A DNA stretch of 64,000 nucleotides from an uncultured Alphaproteobacteria bacterium (GTDB lineage: Bacteria > Pseudomonadota > Alphaproteobacteria > CAAGCB01 > CAG-977): the NCBI GenBank assembly GCA_937912005.1, contig CALDOX010000015.1, positions 180,303-244,302 on the forward strand, read 5' to 3'. Made by a program: the position numbers and the translations under genes. The notes beneath the pieces were generated by a model. The model searched no databases, was not told the origin of the DNA, and saw only the letters and a list, made by a program, of their open reading frames with translations. Below, piece after piece: positions 11,112 through 20,230 of this stretch; positions within the stretch are counted from its first letter, which is position 1; each line of letters opens with the position of its first letter.

Positions 11112-11743
11112 TCTTCCCGACCGGCTTTGGCAAAAGTCAGCACACAGACCGCTTTTGCACCGTTTTTCATCAGAATTTCCGTACAGGAACGGGAAGTTGC
11201 TCCCGTTGTCAGAACGTCATCAATCAGAATGATCGTTTTTCCCTGAATATCGCAATTCGGATTCATCGCAAAGGCGTTTTTAACATTTTCAAATCTTTCT
11301 TTGCGCGTTCCCTGTTTAGGCGTTGCCCTGATCCTTTTCAAAAGTCCGGGATTTGACGGAACGCCGGAAAGTTTTGATAGCTCCGCGGACAGAACGGCCG
11401 CCTGGTTGTATTTCCTGAACAACATTCTTTTCCAATGCAGCGGAACGCACGTCAGCAAATCCGCCCGTCGTAAAAGATCGTTTCCCGCGTTGTACATCAA
11501 TTGCGCCAACAAAGACGCCAAATCCGGCCTGTCGCCGTATTTCAGTTTCATAAGCAAATGCTTGCTTGTTTCATTATAAACAACCGCGGCGATCCGTTTT
11601 TCCGAATTATCCGAAACAAATTCCAAACGGGAAAAACAATCCGAACACAACCGGCCGGCTGTCGAAACGCGGGCGGAACAAACAGGACAGACCGGAGGAA
11701 AAAAAGCGTTCAAAAGATAATTCGAAAACATAAAACTATTCAT
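11096..11743 (-). CDS. ComF-family phosphoribosyltransferase-domain protein.
   Basis: An N-terminal CPVC...CSDC zinc finger and a C-terminal PRTase motif (IILIDDVLTTGATS). Confidence 0.75.
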   Translation of the reverse strand: MNSFMFSNYLLNAFFPPVCPVCSARVSTAGRLCSDCFSRLEFVSDNSEKRIAAVVYNETSKHLLMKLKYGDRPDLASLLAQLMYNAGNDLLRRADLLTCVPLHWKRMLFRKYNQAAVLSAELSKLSGVPSNPGLLKRIRATPKQGTRKERFENVKNAFAMNPNCDIQGKTIILIDDVLTTGATSRSCTEILMKNGAKAVCVLTFAKAGREDQTRP

Positions 11744-11800
11744 CGCGAAAAAATATGATATAACTAGAATATGATTGATTCAAATAGCGGAAAAAACCAG

Positions 11801-12337
11801 ATGAAAAAACTGTTTTTATATTTTCTGTCCTTAACCGCCTTAAACGGCTGCGTCTCGTCTGAAGAGGATTACGTTTATTCTTTGTCCGTTAGCTTTCTGC
11901 AGCCGACGGAATGGAACGGAAAAATCATTCCTCCGCATCAAGGCTGCCGTTCAGACGGCGGAAAAGGCAGCACGCCGCCCTTATATGTCACGGGCATTCC
12001 GAAAACAGCAAACCTGCTGATTATGGAAATTAACGATCTGGATGTCCCCGCTTTATCCGAAAACGGCGGTTTGGGGTCAATCGGTTTTTATCATAACGGC
12101 GAATCTTCCGCGTCGCTTTTCCCCGTACCGGGAGAAGAAAATATTTTGCCCAATTTTGCTTTTAAAGAAAAATCCAGCCGTGTTAATCCGGTCAAACCTT
12201 TTCCTTATACGCCGCCGTGCCTTGAAAAACGTCACCACTATTCCGCCACGATAAAGGCGGTTAAAAGAACAGGGTCTTTTGATAAGCAAAAAACCGTTTT
12301 GGTCGGAATCGGTAAAATTCGTTTGGGAAGATATTAA
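11801..12337 (+). CDS. YbhB/YbcL-family phosphatidylethanolamine-binding (PEBP) lipoprotein.
   Basis: Signal peptide with lipobox (LTALNGC). GGKGSTPPLYVTGIP and HHYSATIKAV resemble the YbcL motifs GGNTSPSL and HHYQFKVWAL. Confidence 0.55.
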   Translation: MKKLFLYFLSLTALNGCVSSEEDYVYSLSVSFLQPTEWNGKIIPPHQGCRSDGGKGSTPPLYVTGIPKTANLLIMEINDLDVPALSENGGLGSIGFYHNGESSASLFPVPGEENILPNFAFKEKSSRVNPVKPFPYTPPCLEKRHHYSATIKAVKRTGSFDKQKTVLVGIGKIRLGRY

Positions 12338-13422
12338 AAACTGAAATTATCCAACGGATCTGCTTTTATTTCTTCGGTGGAAATCGTATCAAAATCGTTT
12401 TCCTCCATTAGGGAATCTTCCATAACTAAAGAAGCATCGAGGAAAGTATCGGATATCTCGGCCTGTAATGTGGCGCCCCGTCCGGCAATTCCCCATGACA
12501 GTGTTTGCTCTTCATCCGGCGGACCGTATTTTTTAATTAACGTTTTCAAAAATTCCTGCCGCCGTTTTGTTTTCAAAAACCGACCTTCTTCCGTCGCTCC
12601 CAAAGAATGGTCTCCTTTGCTGACATAACGGATGCGATACGCCTGATTTTCCGTATAAATACTGGTAAAATCGACGCTGAGCGTTTCTCTGCGCCGTTTG
12701 TTTTCAAAAACAAGGCGGCTGACATATTCGCTGTTATCGTTTTGGGCGGCTTCGCGAATACAGCGTTTTTTATTGTCAGGCGCATAAAATCTTTTTCCCA
12801 GACAGAAGCGATGGTATCTCCATTCGTTCAATTCGGGAATTTTCAAATCCTTAAATTTAATCGAAAAGCCAAATTCCTCAGCTTTTTCAATAACTTCCTC
12901 CGGCATCATTTTCAACCGAATGCCGGCGATATCAAATTTCAAAACATTTGTATCGGAAAAACCCGTTTTTTTGGCTCTCATTTCAAATAAGGATAAATTC
13001 TCGCTGTTTTTTTTCTTGGTATTTCCGCCCAAATTAGGCAGAGAATCAGCATTTCCCGACCCCAACTGCGGCAGAGAAATCCCTTGCGGCCCTGTCGATA
13101 AAGAGAATGTCTTTTGGGGTTCTTTCTTTTCGGGAACGGAAGATGCGGGCACCGAAGCGGATTCCGATTTGGCCGTCGGTTTGGAAGAAGTTTGAACAGG
13201 AGCGCCCTTCGAAGCCTGAACAGGGACAGGCGCTTTAACGGAAGACGATGGATTTTCCTTTCTTGCCGGAGTGCTTTTAGGAGACGGCTTTGCGGAAGAA
13301 TTCCCGACTTCCGAAGACTGCAGTTCCTCTTCGTCAAAAAGATCGTCCAACATTTGCGCTGCCGTCTGTCGTTGAGAAAAAAGCATCATTACTGCAAAGA
13401 TAAAAGTTGAAAGATGTTTCAT
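12334..13422 (-). CDS. Secreted hypothetical protein (Ser/Pro/Lys-rich N-terminal region, conserved C-terminal domain).
   Basis: 362-aa ORF with an N-terminal signal peptide (MKHLSTFIFAVMMLFSQRQTAAQ). I recognise no domain. Confidence 0.45.
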   Translation of the reverse strand: MKHLSTFIFAVMMLFSQRQTAAQMLDDLFDEEELQSSEVGNSSAKPSPKSTPARKENPSSSVKAPVPVQASKGAPVQTSSKPTAKSESASVPASSVPEKKEPQKTFSLSTGPQGISLPQLGSGNADSLPNLGGNTKKKNSENLSLFEMRAKKTGFSDTNVLKFDIAGIRLKMMPEEVIEKAEEFGFSIKFKDLKIPELNEWRYHRFCLGKRFYAPDNKKRCIREAAQNDNSEYVSRLVFENKRRRETLSVDFTSIYTENQAYRIRYVSKGDHSLGATEEGRFLKTKRRQEFLKTLIKKYGPPDEEQTLSWGIAGRGATLQAEISDTFLDASLVMEDSLMEENDFDTISTEEIKADPLDNFSF

Positions 13423-13502
13423 CGCGTCCTGTAAGAAATGTTTAATAAAGCTTACCTATAATACGTCTATATTGTTACTTTTTCTTAAACAGGATCAAAA
13501 AA

Positions 13503-14078
13503 ATGTTTAAAATAAAATCTCTGGGAGTTTTCTGCGGTTCCGCAAACGGAAAGAACCCCGAATACGTCAAAGACGCGGCAAAATTAGGAAAAATTTTAGC
13601 TCAAAATCATATACGTCTGGTATATGGTGCGGGTCATGTCGGTATGATGGGCGCTGTCGCAAAAGGAGCTTTGGAAGCCGGAGGACATGTAACCGGTTTA
13701 ATCAACACCCTTCTGCAAAATCAGGAACCTCAGCTTTTTGAACTCAGCGAATTAAAAATATTTCCCTCTCTGCATATCAGAAAAGACGCGATGTTTGAAG
13801 CTTCCGACGCTTTCTGCATTTTACCTGGCGGTATCGGAACTTTGGATGAAGTGTTTGAAATTATGACACTGAAACAGCTGAAAGAACATTACAAACCGAT
13901 CGTTATGTACAACGCAAACGGCTTTTGGGAACCGTTCAGAAAAATCATAGACACTTTAATTAATGAAGGCTATGTCCGCCCCGAACATGCGCAGCTGGTC
14001 ACATATGTTGACAGGATCGAAGATATTTTGCCTGCGATCGACGCGGAAATTACAGCGCACGAAAAAAAAGCCAAATAA
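13503..14078 (+). CDS. LOG-family cytokinin riboside 5'-monophosphate phosphoribohydrolase (TIGR00730).
   Basis: LOG-family motifs GVFCGS...VYGAG..GMMGAVA and PGGIGTLDEVFE. Confidence 0.85.
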   Translation: MFKIKSLGVFCGSANGKNPEYVKDAAKLGKILAQNHIRLVYGAGHVGMMGAVAKGALEAGGHVTGLINTLLQNQEPQLFELSELKIFPSLHIRKDAMFEASDAFCILPGGIGTLDEVFEIMTLKQLKEHYKPIVMYNANGFWEPFRKIIDTLINEGYVRPEHAQLVTYVDRIEDILPAIDAEITAHEKKAK

Positions 14079-14084
14079 AATCCG

Positions 14085-14969
14085 TTAACGCGGAAAAACC
14101 AACGCTAAAGCGGAATATTCCGGCATCATCAGATAGTTGCGGCTGAACGCGATATCAATCAAAGAAGCATCCAGCATTTTAATCAGGGCGGACTGTACTT
14201 TTGCAGCGCCCTGTTTAGCATATCCCAAAGAAAAAACATTCCCCGAGCAACCGCCTTCACGGGCAATAAGACCGGCCGTGTACTGCGTCATTGCATTCAA
14301 CATTTCCAATGCAAATCCATGCAAATAGGTATAATCTACATTTTTTCCCGTTGCCAGCCAACCTTTTGCCATTTCCGTCGCATTTCTGCCCATATTGACT
14401 GCGATCGCCGCAATTGTATCAAAAATCCCCGAATCTTTCTCGGCCAGTTTGTCCGCCAAACACGCTCCGTTTTTCAAACGCGGCAATTCTATTTCCAGAA
14501 AAATTTCTTTTTTATCTTCTTTATACAAATACAGCGTATTTCCTTTTGCCGCACAGAAAAAATAAGAATACAACGCCCGCGGCTGCAGCAGTTGATGTTG
14601 AAAGCAAAGCTTCGTCAACTTTTCCAAAATAGGAACGGCTTCGATTTTTACCCAATTGCACCAATCGTCGCGGCTGCCTGTTTTTTTTATAAACCCCCAC
14701 TGTTTTTCAAACAGAGCCAGTTCGTCAAGATATGGTATCAAATAAGAAATATTGTTTTGAGAAATAATTTTCGGACGATAGTGCCTGACCGAAACCAAGG
14801 GCAAATCCGCTTGCTTTCTGTTATAAGCATCATCAAACAGATAATGCGGCATCTCTTCCTGAATAATTTCCTGATAGTTCGGCATTTGACCGCTTTCTTC
14901 AACCGGCCCGAACAAAGTTTCAATCAGCTGTTTTTCCGAAACATTTTCCTTTAAATCACTGTCCTTCAT
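14085..14969 (-). CDS. Hypothetical protein, possibly a standalone methionine-synthase (MetH) B12-reactivation-like domain.
   Basis: 294-aa ORF. It has a weak resemblance to the MetH activation-domain C-terminus (GY...LMMPEYSALALVF versus PGYPACP...AMWPGASVSGWYF). This is not decisive. Confidence 0.35.
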   Translation of the reverse strand: MKDSDLKENVSEKQLIETLFGPVEESGQMPNYQEIIQEEMPHYLFDDAYNRKQADLPLVSVRHYRPKIISQNNISYLIPYLDELALFEKQWGFIKKTGSRDDWCNWVKIEAVPILEKLTKLCFQHQLLQPRALYSYFFCAAKGNTLYLYKEDKKEIFLEIELPRLKNGACLADKLAEKDSGIFDTIAAIAVNMGRNATEMAKGWLATGKNVDYTYLHGFALEMLNAMTQYTAGLIAREGGCSGNVFSLGYAKQGAAKVQSALIKMLDASLIDIAFSRNYLMMPEYSALALVFPR

Positions 14970-15091
14970 CTTTCATTCTTTCCGTTTTTTCACAAAAGTT
15001 TACTTCGATACCTTTTAAAAAGGGTAAAAACGATTTATCAGGTTAAAAAAACTTGTCTGATTTTTCTTACGGCGTTAATCTTGCCCCTATG

Positions 15092-15889
15092 ATAAAAAAA
15101 TATAAAAGGTTCATTGTCGTTTGTCTTTTTCTGCTGTTACCGGGATGCGCTTCCGTGCCGGCGGATCCGGCTGAAGCGGCCGTATTTCGGGAAACAAACG
15201 ATCCTTGGGAACCGATGAACAGAAAAATTTTCGCGTTCAATATGGTTGCGGACAAATATGTTTTGCATCCGATCGCCGAAGGGTACAGGGCCGTCACGAC
15301 CGCCGATTTCCGATCAAAAACAAGAACTTTTCTAACCAACCTGAAAACCCCTTTAACAGTCATCAATGACGTTTTGCAGCTGAATTTCAAAAATGCCGGA
15401 ATAGACTTGTCACGGTTTATTATTAACTCAACGCTTGGTTTTTTCGGCATGTACGATGTTGCCGGAAAGATGGGACTGCCTTTAAACTCACAGGGATTCG
15501 GTACGACCATGGCCGTTTGGAACATTCCGTCCGGACCGTATCTTGTCCTGCCGCTGCTCGGCCCTTCCAACGTAAGGGACGCTTCCGGCACTGTCGGCGA
15601 TATCTTTCTTGATCCGTTTTATTATGTTGCCCGCAATAATGATGACGCGGACGTTAAACGAATTTTCTGGACCATTGACGGCATCAATGCGATTGCCGCT
15701 TATGAAAACAGTATGGATCTATTGGATGAAGGCAAAAAATCTTCGCTGGATTTTTATGCTTTTATGCGTTCCACTTATCAGCAGCATCGTAAAAAAATGA
15801 TTGAGCGCGTCAAAGGAACGGAGGAAGCAACCCAAAAAACGGCCGATTACGAGTTTTCTTTGGACGCGGAAGAAGAGTTCGACGAATAA
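15092..15889 (+). CDS. mlaA: MlaA/VacJ outer-membrane lipoprotein (phospholipid asymmetry maintenance).
   Basis: Lipobox LLPGC; VacJ-family conserved blocks (DPWEPMNRKIFAFN, INSTLGFFGMYDVA). Confidence 0.8.
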   Translation: MKKYKRFIVVCLFLLLPGCASVPADPAEAAVFRETNDPWEPMNRKIFAFNMVADKYVLHPIAEGYRAVTTADFRSKTRTFLTNLKTPLTVINDVLQLNFKNAGIDLSRFIINSTLGFFGMYDVAGKMGLPLNSQGFGTTMAVWNIPSGPYLVLPLLGPSNVRDASGTVGDIFLDPFYYVARNNDDADVKRIFWTIDGINAIAAYENSMDLLDEGKKSSLDFYAFMRSTYQQHRKKMIERVKGTEEATQKTADYEFSLDAEEEFDE

Positions 15890-15899
15890 GAGGTTTGTT

Positions 15900-16535
15900 A
15901 TGAAAAAATTTTTAAGTCTGTGCTTTTGCTTTTTATTTTTGTCCTGTCCGACCTTTGCCTCCGATACGGCCGAAGCCGAACAATTTGCAAAGAATCTGGC
16001 AAACGACATTATCACAAATGTCGTCCGTCCTAAGATTTCCCTGCAGCAAAAACAGGAAAAATTCCGACAGGTGTTTATGGCGGTCATCAATGTTAAAGCG
16101 AATGCCCGTTTCACGCTCGGACGCTATGCAAAAGGAGCCGATCCGGAACAGTTTGAAAACTATACAAACGCATTGGCCGACAATATTATTTATACTTGGA
16201 CGAACCGTTTTAACAGCTATGCCGGCGACACCTTGACAACAGACGCGATTCATTTTGAATCCGCCCGCAAAAGTGAAAACGGCGACTTTTATATCACCTC
16301 TAAAATCAAACTGCCGGATGCGGAAAACGATATTGAACTGATTTGGCGCATTTCCGATAAAAAAGGAACATTAAAATTGGCGGATCTGATCGTGGAAGGC
16401 GTCAGCATGCTGATGAGTTACCGTAACGAATACACCGCTATTTTACAGCAAAACGGAGGAAATTTAGCCGCCCTGACGGAAATGCTGCAAAAGAAAAACG
16501 AGCAGCTGAAAAATCCGGAAAAGAAACCGGCATAA
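15900..16535 (+). CDS. mlaC: MlaC/Ttg2D-family phospholipid-binding periplasmic protein.
   Basis: A signal peptide followed by a Tol_Tol_Ttg2-like domain (FTLGRYAKGADPEQFENY...). It is adjacent to mlaA. Confidence 0.7.
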   Translation: MKKFLSLCFCFLFLSCPTFASDTAEAEQFAKNLANDIITNVVRPKISLQQKQEKFRQVFMAVINVKANARFTLGRYAKGADPEQFENYTNALADNIIYTWTNRFNSYAGDTLTTDAIHFESARKSENGDFYITSKIKLPDAENDIELIWRISDKKGTLKLADLIVEGVSMLMSYRNEYTAILQQNGGNLAALTEMLQKKNEQLKNPEKKPA

Positions 16536-16540
16536 AACGG

Positions 16541-16568
16541 TTGACAAAGTTACGTTTTTTGCTAGACT
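16541..16568 (+). promoter_or_regulatory. Candidate sigma-70 promoter for rpsD (TTGACA-N16-TAGACT) with a ~100-nt leader.
   Basis: ttgacaaagttacgttttttgctagact read directly in the sequence, upstream of rpsD. Confidence 0.4.
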
Positions 16569-16672
16569 TCAAAACCTATTTCCGAGAATGCGGACGGTTC
16601 TGCCGCCCCGCTGCCCCTGAAAGATCGGGCGCAGACTATCGGGACAACAACAAATAAAATGGAGTATATCTG

Positions 16673-17287
16673 ATGTCAAAGCGTTTAGCCGCTAAATTCA
16701 AGATTAACCGCCGTTTGGGCGTTAACCTGTGGGGCAGAGCGAAAAGCCCCGTCAACCGCCGTGAATACGGCCCCGGTCAGCATGGTCAGCACAAAGGCAA
16801 GCCGACAGACTACGGCACCCAATTGTTAGCCAAGCAAAAATTAAAAGGATACTACGGCAACGTTTCCGAAAAGCAGCTGCGTAAATATTATGCCGAAGCG
16901 ATTCGTCGTTCCGGTGATACGTCCGAACATTTGATCGGTCTGCTGGAAAGCCGTTTGGACGCCATTGTTTACCGTATGAAATTTGTTCCCAGCGTTTTTG
17001 CCGCCCGCCAGTTTGTGAACCATGGTCACATTTTGGTCAACGGAAAACGCGTCAACATTCCTTCTTATCAAGTCAAAGAAGGCGATGAAATTTCCATTCG
17101 CGAAAAATCCCGTCAGCTGGCGATCGTTTTGGAAGCCGAAGCTTCGACGGAACGCGAAGTCCCCGAATATATGGAAGTCGATCATAAAGCCGGAAAGGGA
17201 ACTTTTCTGCATGTGCCCAAGCTGGCGGATGTTCCTTACCCCGTCCAGATGGAGCCGAATTTGGTCGTCGAATTCTACTCCCGTTAA
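16673..17287 (+). CDS. rpsD: 30S ribosomal protein S4.
   Basis: 204 aa. [39 protein letters not shown] is a diagnostic S4 N-terminus, followed by an S4 RNA-binding domain. Confidence 0.95.
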   Translation: MSKRLAAKFKINRRLGVNLWGRAKSPVNRREYGPGQHGQHKGKPTDYGTQLLAKQKLKGYYGNVSEKQLRKYYAEAIRRSGDTSEHLIGLLESRLDAIVYRMKFVPSVFAARQFVNHGHILVNGKRVNIPSYQVKEGDEISIREKSRQLAIVLEAEASTEREVPEYMEVDHKAGKGTFLHVPKLADVPYPVQMEPNLVVEFYSR

Positions 17288-17309
17288 TTGGGAATCTCTT
17301 TTATCAAAA

Positions 17310-17336
17310 GCCCTCTTTTCCAGAGGGCTTTTTTTA
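17310..17336 (+). terminator. Rho-independent terminator after rpsD.
   Basis: A GCCCTCT/AGAGGGC 7-bp stem with loop tttcc, followed by TTTTTTT. Confidence 0.6.
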
Positions 17337-17358
17337 TTCCCCCTTCCTTTTCAAAATT

Positions 17359-17374
17359 TGGCACGCCTATTGCA
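17359..17374 (+). promoter_or_regulatory. Sigma-54 promoter (TGGCAC-N5-TTGCA) driving fliK-flgD-flgE.
   Basis: A perfect consensus, tTGGCACgcctaTTGCAtt, lies about 40 nt upstream of the fliK ATG. A sigma-54 activator gene (flbD) is present in the same locus. Confidence 0.7.
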
Positions 17375-17414
17375 TTTATCAAAACGAGTTTAATTTTGAA
17401 CAAGGAACGCTGTT

Positions 17415-19391
17415 ATGGATTTATCGGTTTTCAATTTGCTGATGAGCACAAATCCGAACGCTGCCGCGGAAAACTTATTTCCAAGCGCGGTTCAGAACAG
17501 CGCTCCCGTTGATTCCGTCGATTCTTCAATAAAAACGGGAGAAGCATTCCTGCAGGCGCTGGATCAAGTCAGAACAGGAAAAACGGAAAAGAATGCCGAC
17601 ATTTTATATAATACGCTCAGCGCACGGGCAGACGCCGCCTCTTCTTTAAAAGATTTGAAAAAAGGAAATGCGGCTCCGGAAAATGTCAAAATTGTCAAAT
17701 TGCACATCAAACGCACCAGAGCCAGCCAAACTTTAAGAAAGCTGGATGAAGAAAAAGCGACGCCTGCTTCCGCGGCGCCCCAAAGCGGGAAAAAGATTCC
17801 CACACGGGAAAATATCGCCGCCGCACAAGAAGTCACGCCAATCCCGCAAGAACAGATCGACTTACAGGATGTTTCTTCCGCAGTCGTTCCCCAAACTTTT
17901 TCTTCTTCAGATTTTTTCATTGAACAGCCGGAAACTCCTTTTGTTTCAACCGATGAAATAACTGCGGCCGACATTCTGATCAATTCTGCCATTCAAGCAA
18001 CTCTGATGCCGTCGCCGCAAACACCGCAAACAACCGTTACAGAACAAGCGCCGGAAGCACACTCTTTATCCGCAGCGTTTTTGCCGCAAAAAGAAACGGT
18101 TTCCGATCCTGTTCGTTCGCAAACCGTTTTGCCCGATCAAAAACCGGAAATTCAGACAGAAACACAAACAGAGCCACAAAAAACACCGGTTTTTGCCGCT
18201 GTTGAAACACCTGTTCAAAAACAGGACAAGTTTACTTTTGCACCGGATCGGGAAAATATTGCCTCTGTCTCGAACAAACGGCCGGAAGAACATGCAAAAA
18301 CGGCGGAAATAAAGCAGCCTGAAGAAACTCAGAACGTTTTATCCGTCAAATCGAACGATCATAAGGCCGTTAAAGCGGCAGAAACACAAACAAAAGCAAC
18401 GCCGGAAACAGCCGCCGTTCCCCGTTCGGCTTCCGTTGACACGGTAAATGTTGAAGAAATTCAATCTGTTGATAAAGATTATTCTTCTCATCAAGCGCAC
18501 AGACAAGCGGAACAATTAGCGCATGAGCTGCCCGCGCAAACAAACATCGCGATCACGGTTCAAACACAAACGCCCGTCGTTCAAGAATTGACTTTACCGC
18601 ACAACGTTTCCCCGCGTTCTTCCTCTGTCAGAAAAGCGAAAGAGGCAGATACGGAACCAAAGGAATTAACAATTGAGAAAAAAGAAGATCAAATTTCCCC
18701 GGTTTCCGCAAAAGAATTAACGCTTCATTCCGGAAAAACGGAACATTTGCGTCCTTCCGCCCAGGAAATAACGCAAGAAAATCAACCAAACGTTCTGGCT
18801 GCTGCCTTGCCCGTTCAAAACAAAGTCCTGTCCGATTCTTCCCCGCTTCAGCAGGCAGACGGACAAACAGTGGAAATCAACACTCCGTCTGTTTCAACAA
18901 CTCCGACGGCAGCATTTTCCGTCGGTCACGAACTTAAAGGCAAAGCCGTATCCGGCTCCGTTCCCGTTCAAAAGAACATCCCGGTCAATGAATTGGCCGA
19001 TCAAATCAAAGTCAACATCAAAAAGGCGTTAAAAGACGGATTGGACAAGATCGACATCGTTTTGAAACCCAAAGAACTGGGCACGATCAAGATTCATCTG
19101 GAAATCGGCAAAGACGGTTCAATGAAAGCGATTTTAAGCACGGCGCGGGCTGAAACGCTCGACCTGCTGCAATCGGATTTAAGCGCGTTGAAACAAGCTC
19201 TGGCCGACAGCGGATTTGACCTGAATGATCAGTCTTTCAGTTTCAACTATCGCGGCGAACGCTACAACGACGAACACAGACAGCCGCATCCGCAAAACCG
19301 TTTCATCGCGGAAGAATCGGTTGACGAAACGGCAGAAACCGCAGGCACATTAAGCATTTCAGGGCGTTACGCTCTGAATATCAGAGTATAA
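17415..19391 (+). CDS. fliK: Flagellar hook-length control protein FliK.
   Basis: 658 aa with a long Pro/Thr/Gln-rich linker. The C-terminal Flg_hook domain reads IDIVLKPKELGTIKIHLEIGKDGSMKAILSTARAETLDLLQSDLSALKQALADSGFDL. It is immediately upstream of flgD-flgE. Confidence 0.75.
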   Translation: MDLSVFNLLMSTNPNAAAENLFPSAVQNSAPVDSVDSSIKTGEAFLQALDQVRTGKTEKNADILYNTLSARADAASSLKDLKKGNAAPENVKIVKLHIKRTRASQTLRKLDEEKATPASAAPQSGKKIPTRENIAAAQEVTPIPQEQIDLQDVSSAVVPQTFSSSDFFIEQPETPFVSTDEITAADILINSAIQATLMPSPQTPQTTVTEQAPEAHSLSAAFLPQKETVSDPVRSQTVLPDQKPEIQTETQTEPQKTPVFAAVETPVQKQDKFTFAPDRENIASVSNKRPEEHAKTAEIKQPEETQNVLSVKSNDHKAVKAAETQTKATPETAAVPRSASVDTVNVEEIQSVDKDYSSHQAHRQAEQLAHELPAQTNIAITVQTQTPVVQELTLPHNVSPRSSSVRKAKEADTEPKELTIEKKEDQISPVSAKELTLHSGKTEHLRPSAQEITQENQPNVLAAALPVQNKVLSDSSPLQQADGQTVEINTPSVSTTPTAAFSVGHELKGKAVSGSVPVQKNIPVNELADQIKVNIKKALKDGLDKIDIVLKPKELGTIKIHLEIGKDGSMKAILSTARAETLDLLQSDLSALKQALADSGFDLNDQSFSFNYRGERYNDEHRQPHPQNRFIAEESVDETAETAGTLSISGRYALNIRV

Positions 19392-19404
19392 GGGAGGAAA
19401 CGTC

Positions 19405-20142
19405 ATGACTACATCGGTAAGCGGAATAGACGTTTTAAACAAAGCCGTCAGCTCGGGAAAAGATTCCGGCAGCTCGAAAACGCAGCTGTTCGACGATATG
19501 GAAGCATTCCTCTTTTTGCTGACTCAGCAATTAAAATACCAGGACCCTTTGGATCCTATGGATACCAGCGAATACACCAACCAACTGGTCCAATACGCTC
19601 AGGTCGAACAAAGCATCCAATCCAACACTTATTTGGAAACGATCGTGGCGCAAAACGTCAATGCCGTTGCGACTCAGGCGGTCAGCTATATGGACCAGTA
19701 CATACAAGCCCTCGGCAGCGGACTGCCGCTGCAGAACGGAAGCGCTAAATTTTCCTATGTGTTGGGAGCCGACGCCTCTTCATGCGTCGTCGCCATCAAA
19801 GACGCGTCAGGAAACTTTGTGAAAAGCTTTACCGGTGTCGAACAGTCCGCGGGACGTCATGAAATGACATGGGACGGCAAAGACAATTACGGCAATCAGC
19901 TGGAAGACGGAGCTTACACACTTGTCGTAACGGCTCTGGATTCCACAGGTTCCTCTGTTGAAGTGCAGACGACCGTTTTCGGAAAAGTCACCGGTGTGGC
20001 TTATGACGGTGACAGCGTCGCCATCGGTATGGGCGGCATCGCCGTTGATATGAACAGCGTTCTGGCCATCCACAGCAAAGATGATGTTGTTTCAGCTTCG
20101 AACAACGCTTCTGAAACGGAAGAGGGAATACAAACGGTTTAA
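19405..20142 (+). CDS. flgD: Flagellar hook assembly/capping protein FlgD.
   Basis: The FlgD N-terminal motif (FLFLLTQQLKYQDPLDPMDTSEYTNQLVQYAQVEQ) and a C-terminal Ig-like domain. Confidence 0.85.
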   Translation: MTTSVSGIDVLNKAVSSGKDSGSSKTQLFDDMEAFLFLLTQQLKYQDPLDPMDTSEYTNQLVQYAQVEQSIQSNTYLETIVAQNVNAVATQAVSYMDQYIQALGSGLPLQNGSAKFSYVLGADASSCVVAIKDASGNFVKSFTGVEQSAGRHEMTWDGKDNYGNQLEDGAYTLVVTALDSTGSSVEVQTTVFGKVTGVAYDGDSVAIGMGGIAVDMNSVLAIHSKDDVVSASNNASETEEGIQTV

Positions 20143-20230
20143 TACAAGCCGATCAGAAAATTCGGCATAAAACGGCGCTTCTTTATACAGAAACGTAAAA
20201 AGAAGGCCAAAAGAAAAAAGGAGAATGACA

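Noticed and set aside
15067-15591. 174-aa minus-strand ORF
   Set aside because: Shadow ORF inside mlaA (plus strand), which has a lipobox and VacJ motifs.
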